From assembly GCA_027023445.1 (NCBI GenBank), contig JALVVK010000111.1, forward strand, positions 11,989-75,988: DNA of 64,000 bases, given 5' to 3'. The notes under the pieces are model-generated. The model saw only the letters and a program-made list of their open reading frames with translations, was not told the origin of the DNA and did not search any database. This document shows, one piece after another, positions 1 to 8,710 of the stretch (within the stretch, counting starts at the first letter, position 1; each line of letters starts with the position of its first letter). Source of the stretch: Deltaproteobacteria bacterium. Its GTDB lineage: Bacteria; Desulfobacterota; Dissulfuribacteria; Dissulfuribacterales; JALVPX01. Position numbers and translations under genes: made by a program.

Positions 1-95
1 ACTTTGTATGTAGTTCGGCCGATAAAAAAACAAACCCGTAAAAAGCGGGGCGAATCTTTTCGAATACAGATGGGCCATCCCAACAGGAGGTAGTT

Positions 96-506
96 ATGCC
101 GGAGAGGCGCAAAAGTCCCCGATACCCGGTAACAATGCCGGTCTATTTCCCGCAGTTCGAGGAATGGGGGTACACGGATAATGTTTCCATGGACGGCTGC
201 TATGTGGTAGCCGATTTGCCGGTGGCAGACGGATTTGTAACCGATATCTACATCGAGTTGCCTGTAATAGGTGCCATCGCCATGAAGGGCTATGTGCAGC
301 ACCACCACGGGCCTGAGCCTGGAATGGGCCTTCAGTTTATACAGGTGCGTTTTGAGAAAAACCAGTCTTATTATTACAACCTTTACGCGAGGTTTATAAA
401 AATATTGCCCAGGTTCGAGGAAATAAGGGGCATTTACCTCGACATGGTCCAGGCAGGGGAGCTCAAGCTTCTGTCATTACCCAAAAAATCAAAAAAAATC
501 GGCTGA
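96..506 (+). CDS. PilZ domain protein (c-di-GMP binding type)
   Basis: N-terminal RKSPR (RxxxR) followed by NVSMDG (N-x-S-x-x-G), the two PilZ signature motifs; GGAGG Shine-Dalgarno 6 nt upstream of the ATG. Confidence 0.75.
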   Translation: MPERRKSPRYPVTMPVYFPQFEEWGYTDNVSMDGCYVVADLPVADGFVTDIYIELPVIGAIAMKGYVQHHHGPEPGMGLQFIQVRFEKNQSYYYNLYARFIKILPRFEEIRGIYLDMVQAGELKLLSLPKKSKKIG

Positions 507-552
507 AATCTTTTTCACCTCCTTTCTGAGTTCCGATAAAAATATAAAGGAG

Positions 553-765
553 GTGATTAAAGTGTCGGTATGGCAATTCAGGGTCAGACCCGATCACGTT
601 GAGATAGGCGGGAAAAAACGGAAACCCATAATGAAAGATGGATGTAATGAACCCTTTAAGGGCAGGTTCTGGTGTCCGTCAAAAAGGTGGTTCCAGAAAG
701 AGCCGTGCCCCTTTTTGAACCGCCAGGAATGCCGCAATTTCCAAAGCATGTGCGGTTGTCTGTAG
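553..765 (+). CDS. small Cys-rich hypothetical protein (start more likely GTG 562 or ATG 631)
   Basis: Open frame preceded by strong AAGGAGG at 548-554; 7 Cys in the last 40 residues (CNEPF..WCPSK..CPFLNRQECRNFQSMCGCL); no family recognised. Confidence 0.3.
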   Translation: MIKVSVWQFRVRPDHVEIGGKKRKPIMKDGCNEPFKGRFWCPSKRWFQKEPCPFLNRQECRNFQSMCGCL

Positions 766-809
766 GGTCGTTATGATCCATCCTCGGAGGAGAACGCAGG
801 AGAGGCCTT

Positions 810-1613
810 GTGACTGATATGCCGCAGTATCTTGCGGGCATCCTGGTGTTTATCGCCGGTGCCTGTGTCGGCAGTTTTTTGAATGTGTGCATCTGCAGGC
901 TGCCTGAGGGGCAGTCTGTTGTGTCTCCGGGTTCTGCCTGTCCCCGGTGTGGCCACCGCATCAGCTGGTGGGAAAACATCCCCCTTTTAAGCTACCTGAT
1001 CCTGAGGGCGAAATGCCGCGGATGTGGCGGGCGCATATCCATGCAGTATCCGCTCGTGGAGGCGCTTGGTGGAATCCTGGCCCTGGTCCTCTGGAACAGG
1101 TTCGGTCCCGGAATAGAACTTGCCATTTATGCGCCTTTTCTTGCCTCTCTCATAGTGATAAGTTTTATCGACTTGAAACATCAGATTATCCCGGATGTGC
1201 TTTCTTTGTCTGGTATAATCCTGGGGTTGTTTTGTTCGTTTTTTAATCCGCATCTTGAGTGGTATGATTCATTTTTGGGTGTTATTGTTGGTGGAGGAAT
1301 ACTTTACGCCATAGCAGCGGGCTATCTGTTGATTGCCAGAAAGGAAGGTATGGGAGGCGGAGACATCAAGCTGCTGGCCATGATAGGCGCATACCTGGGG
1401 TGGCAGGCGGTTTTCCTGGTCATATTTCTGAGCGCGGTAGTCGGGTCTGCGGTCGGCATTGCCATCCTGGCGCTTCGTAAGGGGCACAGGGACAGTGCCA
1501 TCCCTTACGGGCCTTTTCTGTCCGGAGCCGCGGTTATAACCCTTTTTTACGGGCACGAAATCATGGGCTGGTATGCCAACTTTCTGACGCAGACGATTTA
1601 CACCGGAGGATAG
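810..1613 (+). CDS. pilD: prepilin peptidase / N-methyltransferase (A24 family)
   Basis: CPRCGHRISWWENIPLLSYL..RAKCRGCG zinc-binding motif, polytopic membrane body, GGGDIKL active-site Asp region. Confidence 0.85.
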   Translation: MTDMPQYLAGILVFIAGACVGSFLNVCICRLPEGQSVVSPGSACPRCGHRISWWENIPLLSYLILRAKCRGCGGRISMQYPLVEALGGILALVLWNRFGPGIELAIYAPFLASLIVISFIDLKHQIIPDVLSLSGIILGLFCSFFNPHLEWYDSFLGVIVGGGILYAIAAGYLLIARKEGMGGGDIKLLAMIGAYLGWQAVFLVIFLSAVVGSAVGIAILALRKGHRDSAIPYGPFLSGAAVITLFYGHEIMGWYANFLTQTIYTGG

Positions 1614-1657
1614 ACGTAGTATTGGAATATACAGGATTAAACGCTTAGGGGAGCAAG

Positions 1658-3046
1658 GTGGCGAAATCACGAATCCTCATTGTAGATGATGATTCCCAGG
1701 TACGGGAGATAATGAGAAGGTATCTCGTCTCAAGGGGTGGGAACAGCCAGGTCATGGAGGCGGAAGACGCGGACCAGGCCATTGATCTACTGAAAAAATA
1801 TCCATTTGACCACGTACTGTGCGATATTTACATGGAGCCGAAAGACGGGTTCTATTTCCTCAGCCAGGCAAGAGAGATGGGATTCCCTGGCAACATCATC
1901 ATGATTTCAGGCCAGGCGGATACGGATGTGGCTCTGAGAGCCATACGGGAAGGCGCCTGTGACTACATACACAAGCCTATAACCATAGACCAGCTCTTTT
2001 TCGTGTTGAAACGCGCTGAGGAACAGGCCAGGCTTCGCAGGGAAAACGAACAGCTCAGAAAGGAGGTACGGGATCAGTATTCCTTTCACAATATCGTGGC
2101 CAAAAGCGAACAGATGCGCCACATCTTTAATATAATAGAAAAAGTAGCTGACTATAAAACAACAGTCCTTATTACGGGAGAGAGTGGTACAGGCAAGGAA
2201 CTGATAGCAAAAGCCCTTCACTATAACAGCATCAGGAAAAAGGGACCCTTTGTGCCTGTAAACTGCGGGGGCATACCGGACAACCTGCTGGAAAGTGAGC
2301 TTTTTGGCCATTCCAGGGGTGCCTTTACCGATGCCAAACGGGCCAAAAAGGGCCTTTTTGAGGAGGCCCATGGGGGCACCATGTTTCTTGACGAGCTTGG
2401 GGACCTGCCCCTGTCCCTCCAGGTAAAGCTCTTAAGGGTGCTTCAGGAGGAGGAGATAAGGCCCCTTGGAGAGAACAGGGTTATTAAAGTTGATGTAAGA
2501 ATCGTGGCGGCCACGTCAAAGGACCTTGTGACTGAGGTCAAAAAGGGACGGTTCAGGGAGGATCTGTACTACAGGGTGAATGTCCTGCCCATCCGCCTGC
2601 CCCCCCTAAGGGAACGGAAGGGAGATATCCCGCTGCTGGTGGATCATTTTGTTAAAAAGTATAATACCCGCCTGGGGACCCTTATTAAGGGCGTTACCAG
2701 GGACGCAATGAATATCCTCCTGACTTATTCCTGGCCTGGTAACGTGAGGGAACTTGAAAACGTGCTTGAAAGGGCAATGGTCCTCGCGGAAGGATCCATG
2801 ATAGATAAGGCGGATCTGCCTTCGGGCCTGCTGTCGGATTCTGCAGATACAGTTATGCAATCCCCATGGCTTGATACCGATGCCTCGTTGTCTATCAAGA
2901 AAAACAGCAAAAAGCTGGAAAAAAACCTTATCCAGAGGGCCCTTGCCAAAACAAAGGGGAACAAGACCCAGGCGGCCCAGATTCTGGAAATCAGTCTGCC
3001 CGCTCTTCTATACAAGATGAAGGGCTATGGCATTAATCAGGCCTGA
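1658..3046 (+). CDS. sigma-54-dependent response regulator (NtrC/PilR class)
   Basis: Receiver domain (ILIVDDD..D), AAA+ sigma54-interaction motifs GESGTGKE and GAFTDA, C-terminal Fis-type HTH. Confidence 0.9.
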   Translation: MAKSRILIVDDDSQVREIMRRYLVSRGGNSQVMEAEDADQAIDLLKKYPFDHVLCDIYMEPKDGFYFLSQAREMGFPGNIIMISGQADTDVALRAIREGACDYIHKPITIDQLFFVLKRAEEQARLRRENEQLRKEVRDQYSFHNIVAKSEQMRHIFNIIEKVADYKTTVLITGESGTGKELIAKALHYNSIRKKGPFVPVNCGGIPDNLLESELFGHSRGAFTDAKRAKKGLFEEAHGGTMFLDELGDLPLSLQVKLLRVLQEEEIRPLGENRVIKVDVRIVAATSKDLVTEVKKGRFREDLYYRVNVLPIRLPPLRERKGDIPLLVDHFVKKYNTRLGTLIKGVTRDAMNILLTYSWPGNVRELENVLERAMVLAEGSMIDKADLPSGLLSDSADTVMQSPWLDTDASLSIKKNSKKLEKNLIQRALAKTKGNKTQAAQILEISLPALLYKMKGYGINQA

Positions 3047-3788
3047 TTTCCGGAACGCGTTCAGCGTCCAGGCCTGCTGATTTTGTCAATTTTTTTACCT
3101 CGCCTTTCCCCAGATAACGCCATCTGCCGGGAGGCAGGTTCCCCAGCGAGAGAGGACCCATTTTTATCCGGACCAGCCTTTGGACCTTGTATCCGGCCCA
3201 TGCGAACATCCGCCTTATCTGTCTTTTTTTTCCCTCCCTGAGCACAATCTCAAACATGGTTGAGGATCTTCCTTTACGCACGGTTCGAACCACGCAGGGC
3301 TTAAACCGGTACCCATCGACCTCCACACCTTTGCGCAGTTCCTGAAGAACCGCGGCGGACGGTCTGCCGCCAACGGTAACCTTGTAGACCTTTGCCACCT
3401 TGTGCCTCGGATGGATCAGACGATTGGCAAGAGCGCCATCGTTGGTAAGCAGGATCAGTCCCTCACTTTCCTTATCCAGCCGGCCAACGGGATAAATCCT
3501 GCCGGGTACCTCTGAGACGAGATCCAGGACGGTTTTCCTTCCCTGAGGGTCGCAGGCGGTGCTCACCACGCCACGGGGTTTGTTGAGCATGATATAAACA
3601 AGAGGGTTCGAGAGGCGTACAGGTTCACCCCTTACGCTCACCCTGTTCAGTTCAGGATCAACCTTTAACCCTGCCTGTGTTACCACGGCGCCATCAACAG
3701 CCACGTCTCCCCTGGCAATAAGCCTCTCCGCCGCCCTTCTGGAGCATATGCCGGCATTAGCCAGGAATTTTTGCAGACGGATCATCAT
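3033..3788 (-). CDS. pseudouridine synthase, RsuA/RluB family with S4 domain
   Basis: N-terminal S4 motif RLQKFLANAGICSRR, catalytic GRLDKESEGLILLTNDG motif. Confidence 0.8.
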   Translation of the reverse strand: MMIRLQKFLANAGICSRRAAERLIARGDVAVDGAVVTQAGLKVDPELNRVSVRGEPVRLSNPLVYIMLNKPRGVVSTACDPQGRKTVLDLVSEVPGRIYPVGRLDKESEGLILLTNDGALANRLIHPRHKVAKVYKVTVGGRPSAAVLQELRKGVEVDGYRFKPCVVRTVRKGRSSTMFEIVLREGKKRQIRRMFAWAGYKVQRLVRIKMGPLSLGNLPPGRWRYLGKGEVKKLTKSAGLDAERVPEIRPD

Positions 3789-3858
3789 GGGTCACCCAAA
3801 CTTTCATGCCAGGCGGTGCTTCGCTTCCCAGACAGCCAATAGCTGTCTCCTTGGAGTT

Positions 3859-3886
3859 TTATTCATGCCCGGTCGGGCATGAATAA
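3859..3886. promoter_or_regulatory. perfect 13+13 bp palindrome TTATTCATGCCCG-GT-CGGGCATGAATAA in divergent promoter region
   Basis: Read directly; lies between divergently transcribed pseudouridine synthase gene and the 4061 ORF/waaA, so it is not a terminator position. Confidence 0.5.
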
Positions 3887-4060
3887 AGGTATTTGTCCAT
3901 GTAAATCCATGTGTGTCCATGGCTAAAAAGTCTTTGATCTTGGGTGCATTATCTATCTTTACTTTCCCCAGGTTATTTTAAGTCAGAAACTTGAGTTTTA
4001 AATGTATTTCCATGGTCATCATATTACCTTAATGGCAAAAAAATGCTAAATTAACGCCTC

Positions 4061-4267
4061 ATGGATCAGAAAAAATGCAGCGGATGCAGACATTACTACA
4101 TCACATGGGATACCTCAAAGCCCTGGGGATGCAGGGCCTTTGGCTTTAAGTCGTCAAATCCACCTTACCTTGTGGTCCGGAAAACCTCCGGTGCGCCATG
4201 CGCCCTTTACGAGCCCAGAGAAAAACCTGTGAAAAAAGGCCCTCGAAACCATGTTGATGACGTATAA
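4061..4267 (+). CDS. small hypothetical protein (CxxC...C)
   Basis: 68-aa ORF overlapping the waaA start by 17 nt (operon-like packing); no family recognised. Confidence 0.4.
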   Translation: MDQKKCSGCRHYYITWDTSKPWGCRAFGFKSSNPPYLVVRKTSGAPCALYEPREKPVKKGPRNHVDDV

Positions 4268-5534
4268 CCTGCTTCAGCTGTTTCTCTCACCCATACTTGC
4301 GCCTGTGGGCCTTACCTTTCTGGCAGGCAGGGAAAAGTACAGGCATATACTGCCGGGTCGGCTGGGAGCGGGGATCCAAAAGCCGGCGGGGGGACGTCCC
4401 CGTTTCTGGATCCACGCCCTGTCCGTGGGAGAGGTCAATGCCGCCCTGCCGCTAATCCGGGGTATCAGGGACAGGTGGCCCGGCTGTTCCATCGCCTGTT
4501 CAGCAACCACCTCCACCGGCCTCAATGCGCTGCGGGACAGGGCCTCCTCCCTGGCGGACACGGTATTCCCATCCCCCTTTGACATACTTCCGGTTGTTCG
4601 AAAATTCATAAGGACGCTTCGTCCGGAATATTTCATCCTGGTTGAAACGGACCTTTGGCCGAACTGGTTGCGGGAACTCAGATCGTCCGGCGCCGCCACC
4701 ATACTGGTCAACGGCAGTATCTCGTCTTCTGCCGCCAGAAGACTGGGGACGCTGAAATCCCTTGCCCGCATGCTTTACGGTTCCCTGGACCTTGCCTGCA
4801 TGCAATCCCGTGAGGACATGAACCGGCTATCCGGGCTCGGCATATCCGTATCCGGGCTAAGATACCTGGGTAATCTTAAATATGACATAAAGCTCCCCCC
4901 TGTAAGCAAGGAGGAAAGGCCCATGCTGAAGGCCGCAATGGGTCTTGATGGGTCCGCACCACTCTGGATTGCGGGCAGCACACATCCCGGTGAAGAGGGG
5001 GTTGTCCTGAATGCCTTTAAGGACCTGAAACAGACATTCCCCATGCTTCAGGCAATCATTGCCCCAAGAGATCCCGGAAGGGGCCGGGAAATCCTGTCCA
5101 TGGCATCGCAAGCAGGTTTCAAGGCACGATGCAGGAGCCAGCCTCCAGGCACGGAGCGAATTGACATACTGATTCTGGACACGCTGGGCGAGCTCCTTGG
5201 CTGTTACGGTCTTGCGGATGTGGCGTTTGTGGGAGGAAGTCTTGTGGATACAGGGGGACACAATCTGCTGGAACCCGCGGGATACGGGGTCCCGGTTCTT
5301 TTCGGCCCCTTTGTGGAAAGCTGCATGGAAATGGCCAGGGAGCTTCAGAATTGTGGCGGTGGAGTCCAGATAAAATCGAGTGCTGATCTGGAAAAAAACG
5401 TGGGCTCCATACTACGGGACAGGGCGCTTGCAGACAATATGTCATCGGCCGCAAGGGAACTGGTGCAGGAAAATCAGGGCGCTGTTTCAAGATACATAAA
5501 GGTTCTCTCGGACCTTGTGGATGCCAGGGGTTGA
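4251..5534 (+). CDS. waaA: 3-deoxy-D-manno-octulosonic acid (Kdo) transferase
   Basis: Length and N-terminal WIHALSVGE motif typical of WaaA/KdtA; followed directly by lpxK. Confidence 0.85.
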   Translation: MLMTYNLLQLFLSPILAPVGLTFLAGREKYRHILPGRLGAGIQKPAGGRPRFWIHALSVGEVNAALPLIRGIRDRWPGCSIACSATTSTGLNALRDRASSLADTVFPSPFDILPVVRKFIRTLRPEYFILVETDLWPNWLRELRSSGAATILVNGSISSSAARRLGTLKSLARMLYGSLDLACMQSREDMNRLSGLGISVSGLRYLGNLKYDIKLPPVSKEERPMLKAAMGLDGSAPLWIAGSTHPGEEGVVLNAFKDLKQTFPMLQAIIAPRDPGRGREILSMASQAGFKARCRSQPPGTERIDILILDTLGELLGCYGLADVAFVGGSLVDTGGHNLLEPAGYGVPVLFGPFVESCMEMARELQNCGGGVQIKSSADLEKNVGSILRDRALADNMSSAARELVQENQGAVSRYIKVLSDLVDARG

Positions 5535-5537
5535 AGA

Positions 5538-6620
5538 ATGGACAAAACCGGCCGCAGGCTTCTGTTCCGACTGGGAGCGCCTCTTTCGCCTTTGTATGCC
5601 TTTATCATGCGCATGAGGTCAAAGGCATATGCCTCCGGCCTGTTTGCGTCCTACGGTCTGTCAAGGCCGGTTATATGCGTTGGTAATATTTCCATGGGCG
5701 GCACAGGCAAGAGCCCTCATGTGATATGGCTCTGCAGGAAACTGGTCAAGGCGGGCATTCGCCCGGCCGTGGTCTCAAGGGGATATGGAGGCAGGGCAGG
5801 GAAAGGCCCCCTGGTGGTTTCGAACGGAACCGGGCCGGAGGTGGGGCCACAGGTCGCTGGTGACGAACCCGTAATGATTGCCGGAAGGCTTGCGGGCGTG
5901 CCGGTGGTCGTCGGCTCGGACAGGGTGGCCTCGGCAAGACTTGCCATTTCCAGGCTTGGGGCAGAGGTAATAGTGCTGGATGACGGCTTCCAGCACCTCA
6001 GGCTCAGAAGGGACCTGGATATCGTGCTGATCGCGGCCACCAGATCTCCCCTGCAGGAAAAGGTCTTCCCGGGCGGAGAACTAAGGGAACCCATTGATGC
6101 GCTTTGCAGGGCCTCGTGTGTCCTTGTGACCAGGGCGGAATGCATTACCCGGGATGAACGGCAAACCCTTGTCAGGGAATTTGGGCCCTTGCTGGGCAAC
6201 AGGCCCGTGTTCTTCAGCAAAAACAGGGTATCGGAAATCCGGCCCCTCAAGGAAAAGGAAAACAGGAAATTTACCTCGCCCCGAACCGCTTTTGCGTTCT
6301 GCGGCCTTGGAGACCCGGGATCCTTTCTTGCTACGCTGAAGGCCAGCGGGGTCAGGGTGGCAGGGCACAGGTGGTTTGCAGATCATCACAAATACGCGGA
6401 CCGCGATCTATGTAATCTTGCCGTCCAGGCCCAAAAGGCCGGTGCGGACGCCCTTGTTACCACCGCCAAGGACGCTGTCAAGCTGGCCGGCCTTGATGTG
6501 GAAAAAATTTCTTTGAAAATACTTGTAATGGAGATTGAACCGGATGTGGACCGGGAATTATGGAGCCTGATAGATAATACACTGAAAAGGGACGAGGAAG
6601 AACAGCAGGCAGACAGATGA
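5538..6620 (+). CDS. lpxK: tetraacyldisaccharide 4'-kinase
   Basis: P-loop VGNISMGGTGKSP, VVSRGYGG motif; waaA-lpxK synteny. Confidence 0.85.
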   Translation: MDKTGRRLLFRLGAPLSPLYAFIMRMRSKAYASGLFASYGLSRPVICVGNISMGGTGKSPHVIWLCRKLVKAGIRPAVVSRGYGGRAGKGPLVVSNGTGPEVGPQVAGDEPVMIAGRLAGVPVVVGSDRVASARLAISRLGAEVIVLDDGFQHLRLRRDLDIVLIAATRSPLQEKVFPGGELREPIDALCRASCVLVTRAECITRDERQTLVREFGPLLGNRPVFFSKNRVSEIRPLKEKENRKFTSPRTAFAFCGLGDPGSFLATLKASGVRVAGHRWFADHHKYADRDLCNLAVQAQKAGADALVTTAKDAVKLAGLDVEKISLKILVMEIEPDVDRELWSLIDNTLKRDEEEQQADR

Positions 6621-6648
6621 CATCGGAATGGGTGATAAATGCTGAAAA

Positions 6649-6725
6649 TGGTCGGGGCGGAGGGATTTGAACCCCCGGCCCTCTGCTCCCAAAGCAGATG
6701 CGCTTCCAGGCTGCGCCACGCCCCG
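6649..6725 (-). tRNA. tRNA-Pro (UGG)
   Basis: Reverse complement folds as cloverleaf: acceptor CGGGGCG/CGCCCCG, anticodon loop UUUGGGA, GGUUCAAAUCC T-arm, encoded CCA. Confidence 0.9.
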
Positions 6726-6883
6726 ACTTGCAGAGCATCTTTTAACACAACACCTCCATTGATTCAAGATACCGTGGGACTATATAGCGTAAAGAGCGCA
6801 GGGATTACTGCCTTCCATGCCGAATGCCAATCAGCCTTCTTGACAGTTCTTCTTTAATTTGAGTATAGTTTATTTGTTGCCGT

Positions 6884-7055
6884 GAAAATACAATGTTAAA
6901 TGGTAAATGGTGAATGTTAAATTAAGGTGTTAAATTATTATATCTTTCTGAATTTAATAAAAATTAGTTTGCCATAATTTACAATTCATCATTTATCATT
7001 TAATGATTTTAATGTTCTGGGGGTGCGAAGCACTACCTGGCAGGAAGGTGTGGTT
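6884..7055 (+). mobile_element. heptad-palindrome repeat (MITE-1), copy A
   Basis: Alignable end to end with 33637-33808 and (inverted) 52835-53249; arms made of RTAAATG heptads are mutually inverted; conserved GTGC-GAA-GCAC mini hairpin at right end. Confidence 0.6.
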
Positions 7056-7181
7056 GCCAGAGGAGATCGGTTATTCTTATCTGTTAACCGAAGGAAACGG
7101 GTAGCTGGTTAGTCTCATGTATGTCTCTGGGGTGACAGCATCCCTTGTCACGAACATTTTCCAGGAGTTGGTGGGTAACAG

Positions 7182-8498
7182 ATGTCTCTTTCTCTTTTTA
7201 TTGTATTGACCTTGCTTTCTTGCGTCCCTGCCTATGCCGGGAATTACACGGATTCCGCTCACGGCAGCTCATCTTCCGGGGTTGACCGGCAGGTGATACA
7301 TGATCTTGGTTACTCCCGGGGTAACTGCGCCCATTGCCACGAGATGCACGCATCCATAAAAGGTGCTGAGCCAGCTCCTGCCGGGGGCGCGGCATCCCCT
7401 TACGCCCTGTTTGCGCAGAATTTTGACACAACAGTTATCTCCGGCTCATATGCCGAAGCCAATAATTTCTGCTTTTATTGTCATAATACCACAGGGTCAG
7501 CGCAGAGCGTAACCAATTATGACTACAGCCATGTCTTTGGCGGTGCCACTGGCGGGGAATCGTCCATACTGGACGAATTTAACCAGTCATCCTATCATAA
7601 TCTTTATGACATATGGAATTTTTCCAGGGACGCTTTTCCCTCATGGTTTAAAGATAATACAAATCCCTGTGATGCATGCCATAATCCCCATATTGCCAAA
7701 AGGAACTGGTATGAGCCCCAGAATCCCCTGTTGACCGCCATATCAAAACCCTCTGACCATGGCAGCCTCTGGGGGGATGACGAAGACGAAACCATGAAGA
7801 ATTATTCGTCATATTATCAGGCGCCCTATTACTACAATTCCAACACCTATGAACCTGCCGGCACGACAAGCTATGATGGTTCAAGGGTTCCTGATTACAA
7901 CAGTTTTTGTACTGATTGCCATAATAAGGACAATACGATTTTCAGCCATAACCTCAACAGGGATCTCCGTAAGATCGACTGGGTTACCACAGGCAATGAA
8001 ACAGATGGTGGCGATAAACACGGGAAAAATGAGGCTACCGTCAGCCTGAACGTAAGGAAACCTTTCGCGTCATCATCCCTGGGAATTACCAAGGGATTTG
8101 TCCTCTCCTGCACGGATTGCCATGAACCGCACGGCTCGCCCAATGTCATGCTGATAAGGCGGGAGGTAAATGGAGAAGATCTTCCTGGAGATATAACCTC
8201 TAATGATACCGTGGCCTGGGCCAATCTGTGCGGGCGCTGTCATAAGGATGATTCATTTTATGGAGGCACTGCGGGAGAATTCAAATATATCCACCATTAC
8301 GACAAGGACGCTCCATACCCTGGTCCGCCAATGGGGTGCTGTAGTTGTCATGATAAAGACATGGGCGGGGGAGGAATGAGTAAGCCTCCCATAAAATGCA
8401 ATTACTGCCATTTTCATGGCGGTAATGACAGATGCCTATTAGACGATTCAAGCAAACCTTATTATCCTTCCCAATATACGGGCAGAAGGTGTTTTTAG
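7182..8498 (+). CDS. secreted multihaem c-type cytochrome (8 CxxCH)
   Basis: Signal peptide; CAHCH, CFYCH, CDACH, CTDCH, CTDCH, CGRCH, CCSCH, CNYCH; paired C..CH.PH pattern. Confidence 0.8.
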   Translation: MSLSLFIVLTLLSCVPAYAGNYTDSAHGSSSSGVDRQVIHDLGYSRGNCAHCHEMHASIKGAEPAPAGGAASPYALFAQNFDTTVISGSYAEANNFCFYCHNTTGSAQSVTNYDYSHVFGGATGGESSILDEFNQSSYHNLYDIWNFSRDAFPSWFKDNTNPCDACHNPHIAKRNWYEPQNPLLTAISKPSDHGSLWGDDEDETMKNYSSYYQAPYYYNSNTYEPAGTTSYDGSRVPDYNSFCTDCHNKDNTIFSHNLNRDLRKIDWVTTGNETDGGDKHGKNEATVSLNVRKPFASSSLGITKGFVLSCTDCHEPHGSPNVMLIRREVNGEDLPGDITSNDTVAWANLCGRCHKDDSFYGGTAGEFKYIHHYDKDAPYPGPPMGCCSCHDKDMGGGGMSKPPIKCNYCHFHGGNDRCLLDDSSKPYYPSQYTGRRCF

Positions 8499-8520
8499 GC
8501 CGCTCATCAATGATTTCAAC

Positions 8521-8574
8521 TGAAAATTATTTTATTAAAATTTCCCCCAGGCGTTTGAAATGCGTATGAGGCGG
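8521..8574 (+). repeat. degenerate right-end fragment of the 251-bp element (MITE-2)
   Basis: gaaaattatttt...aggcgtttgaaatgcgtatgaggcgg aligns with aaaattatttt...ggcatttgaagcgcattatccggg at 53147-53190. Confidence 0.4.
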
Positions 8575-8588
8575 ATGGCTCAATTCTC

Positions 8589-8708
8589 CCAGACGATGTG
8601 TCTTTTTGTATTGATTGCCATATTTTTACCAACCAGATTTACAGCAGATATCTGGTATCATTGATCGGATCAATGAAAAGCACGGCAAGGCAGATGCGAC
8701 GGGTACGC
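8589..8708 (+). pseudogene. frameshifted relic of a third multihaem cytochrome paralog
   Basis: Translates PDDVSFCIDCHIFTNQIYS (cf. PDYNSFCTDCHNKDNTIFS in 7182 gene); after a frame change, IDRINEKHGKADATG (cf. IDW..DKHGKNEATV). Confidence 0.55.
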
Positions 8709-8710
8709 AA

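Noticed and set aside
7036-7057. Sigma-54 promoter (TGGCAG...TTGCC) inside MITE-1, attractive because a sigma54 activator is encoded at 1658-3046
   Set aside because: GG-to-GC spacing is 17 nt rather than the required 12. The equivalent TGGCAT in copy C (about 33790) has no GC at the -12 position.
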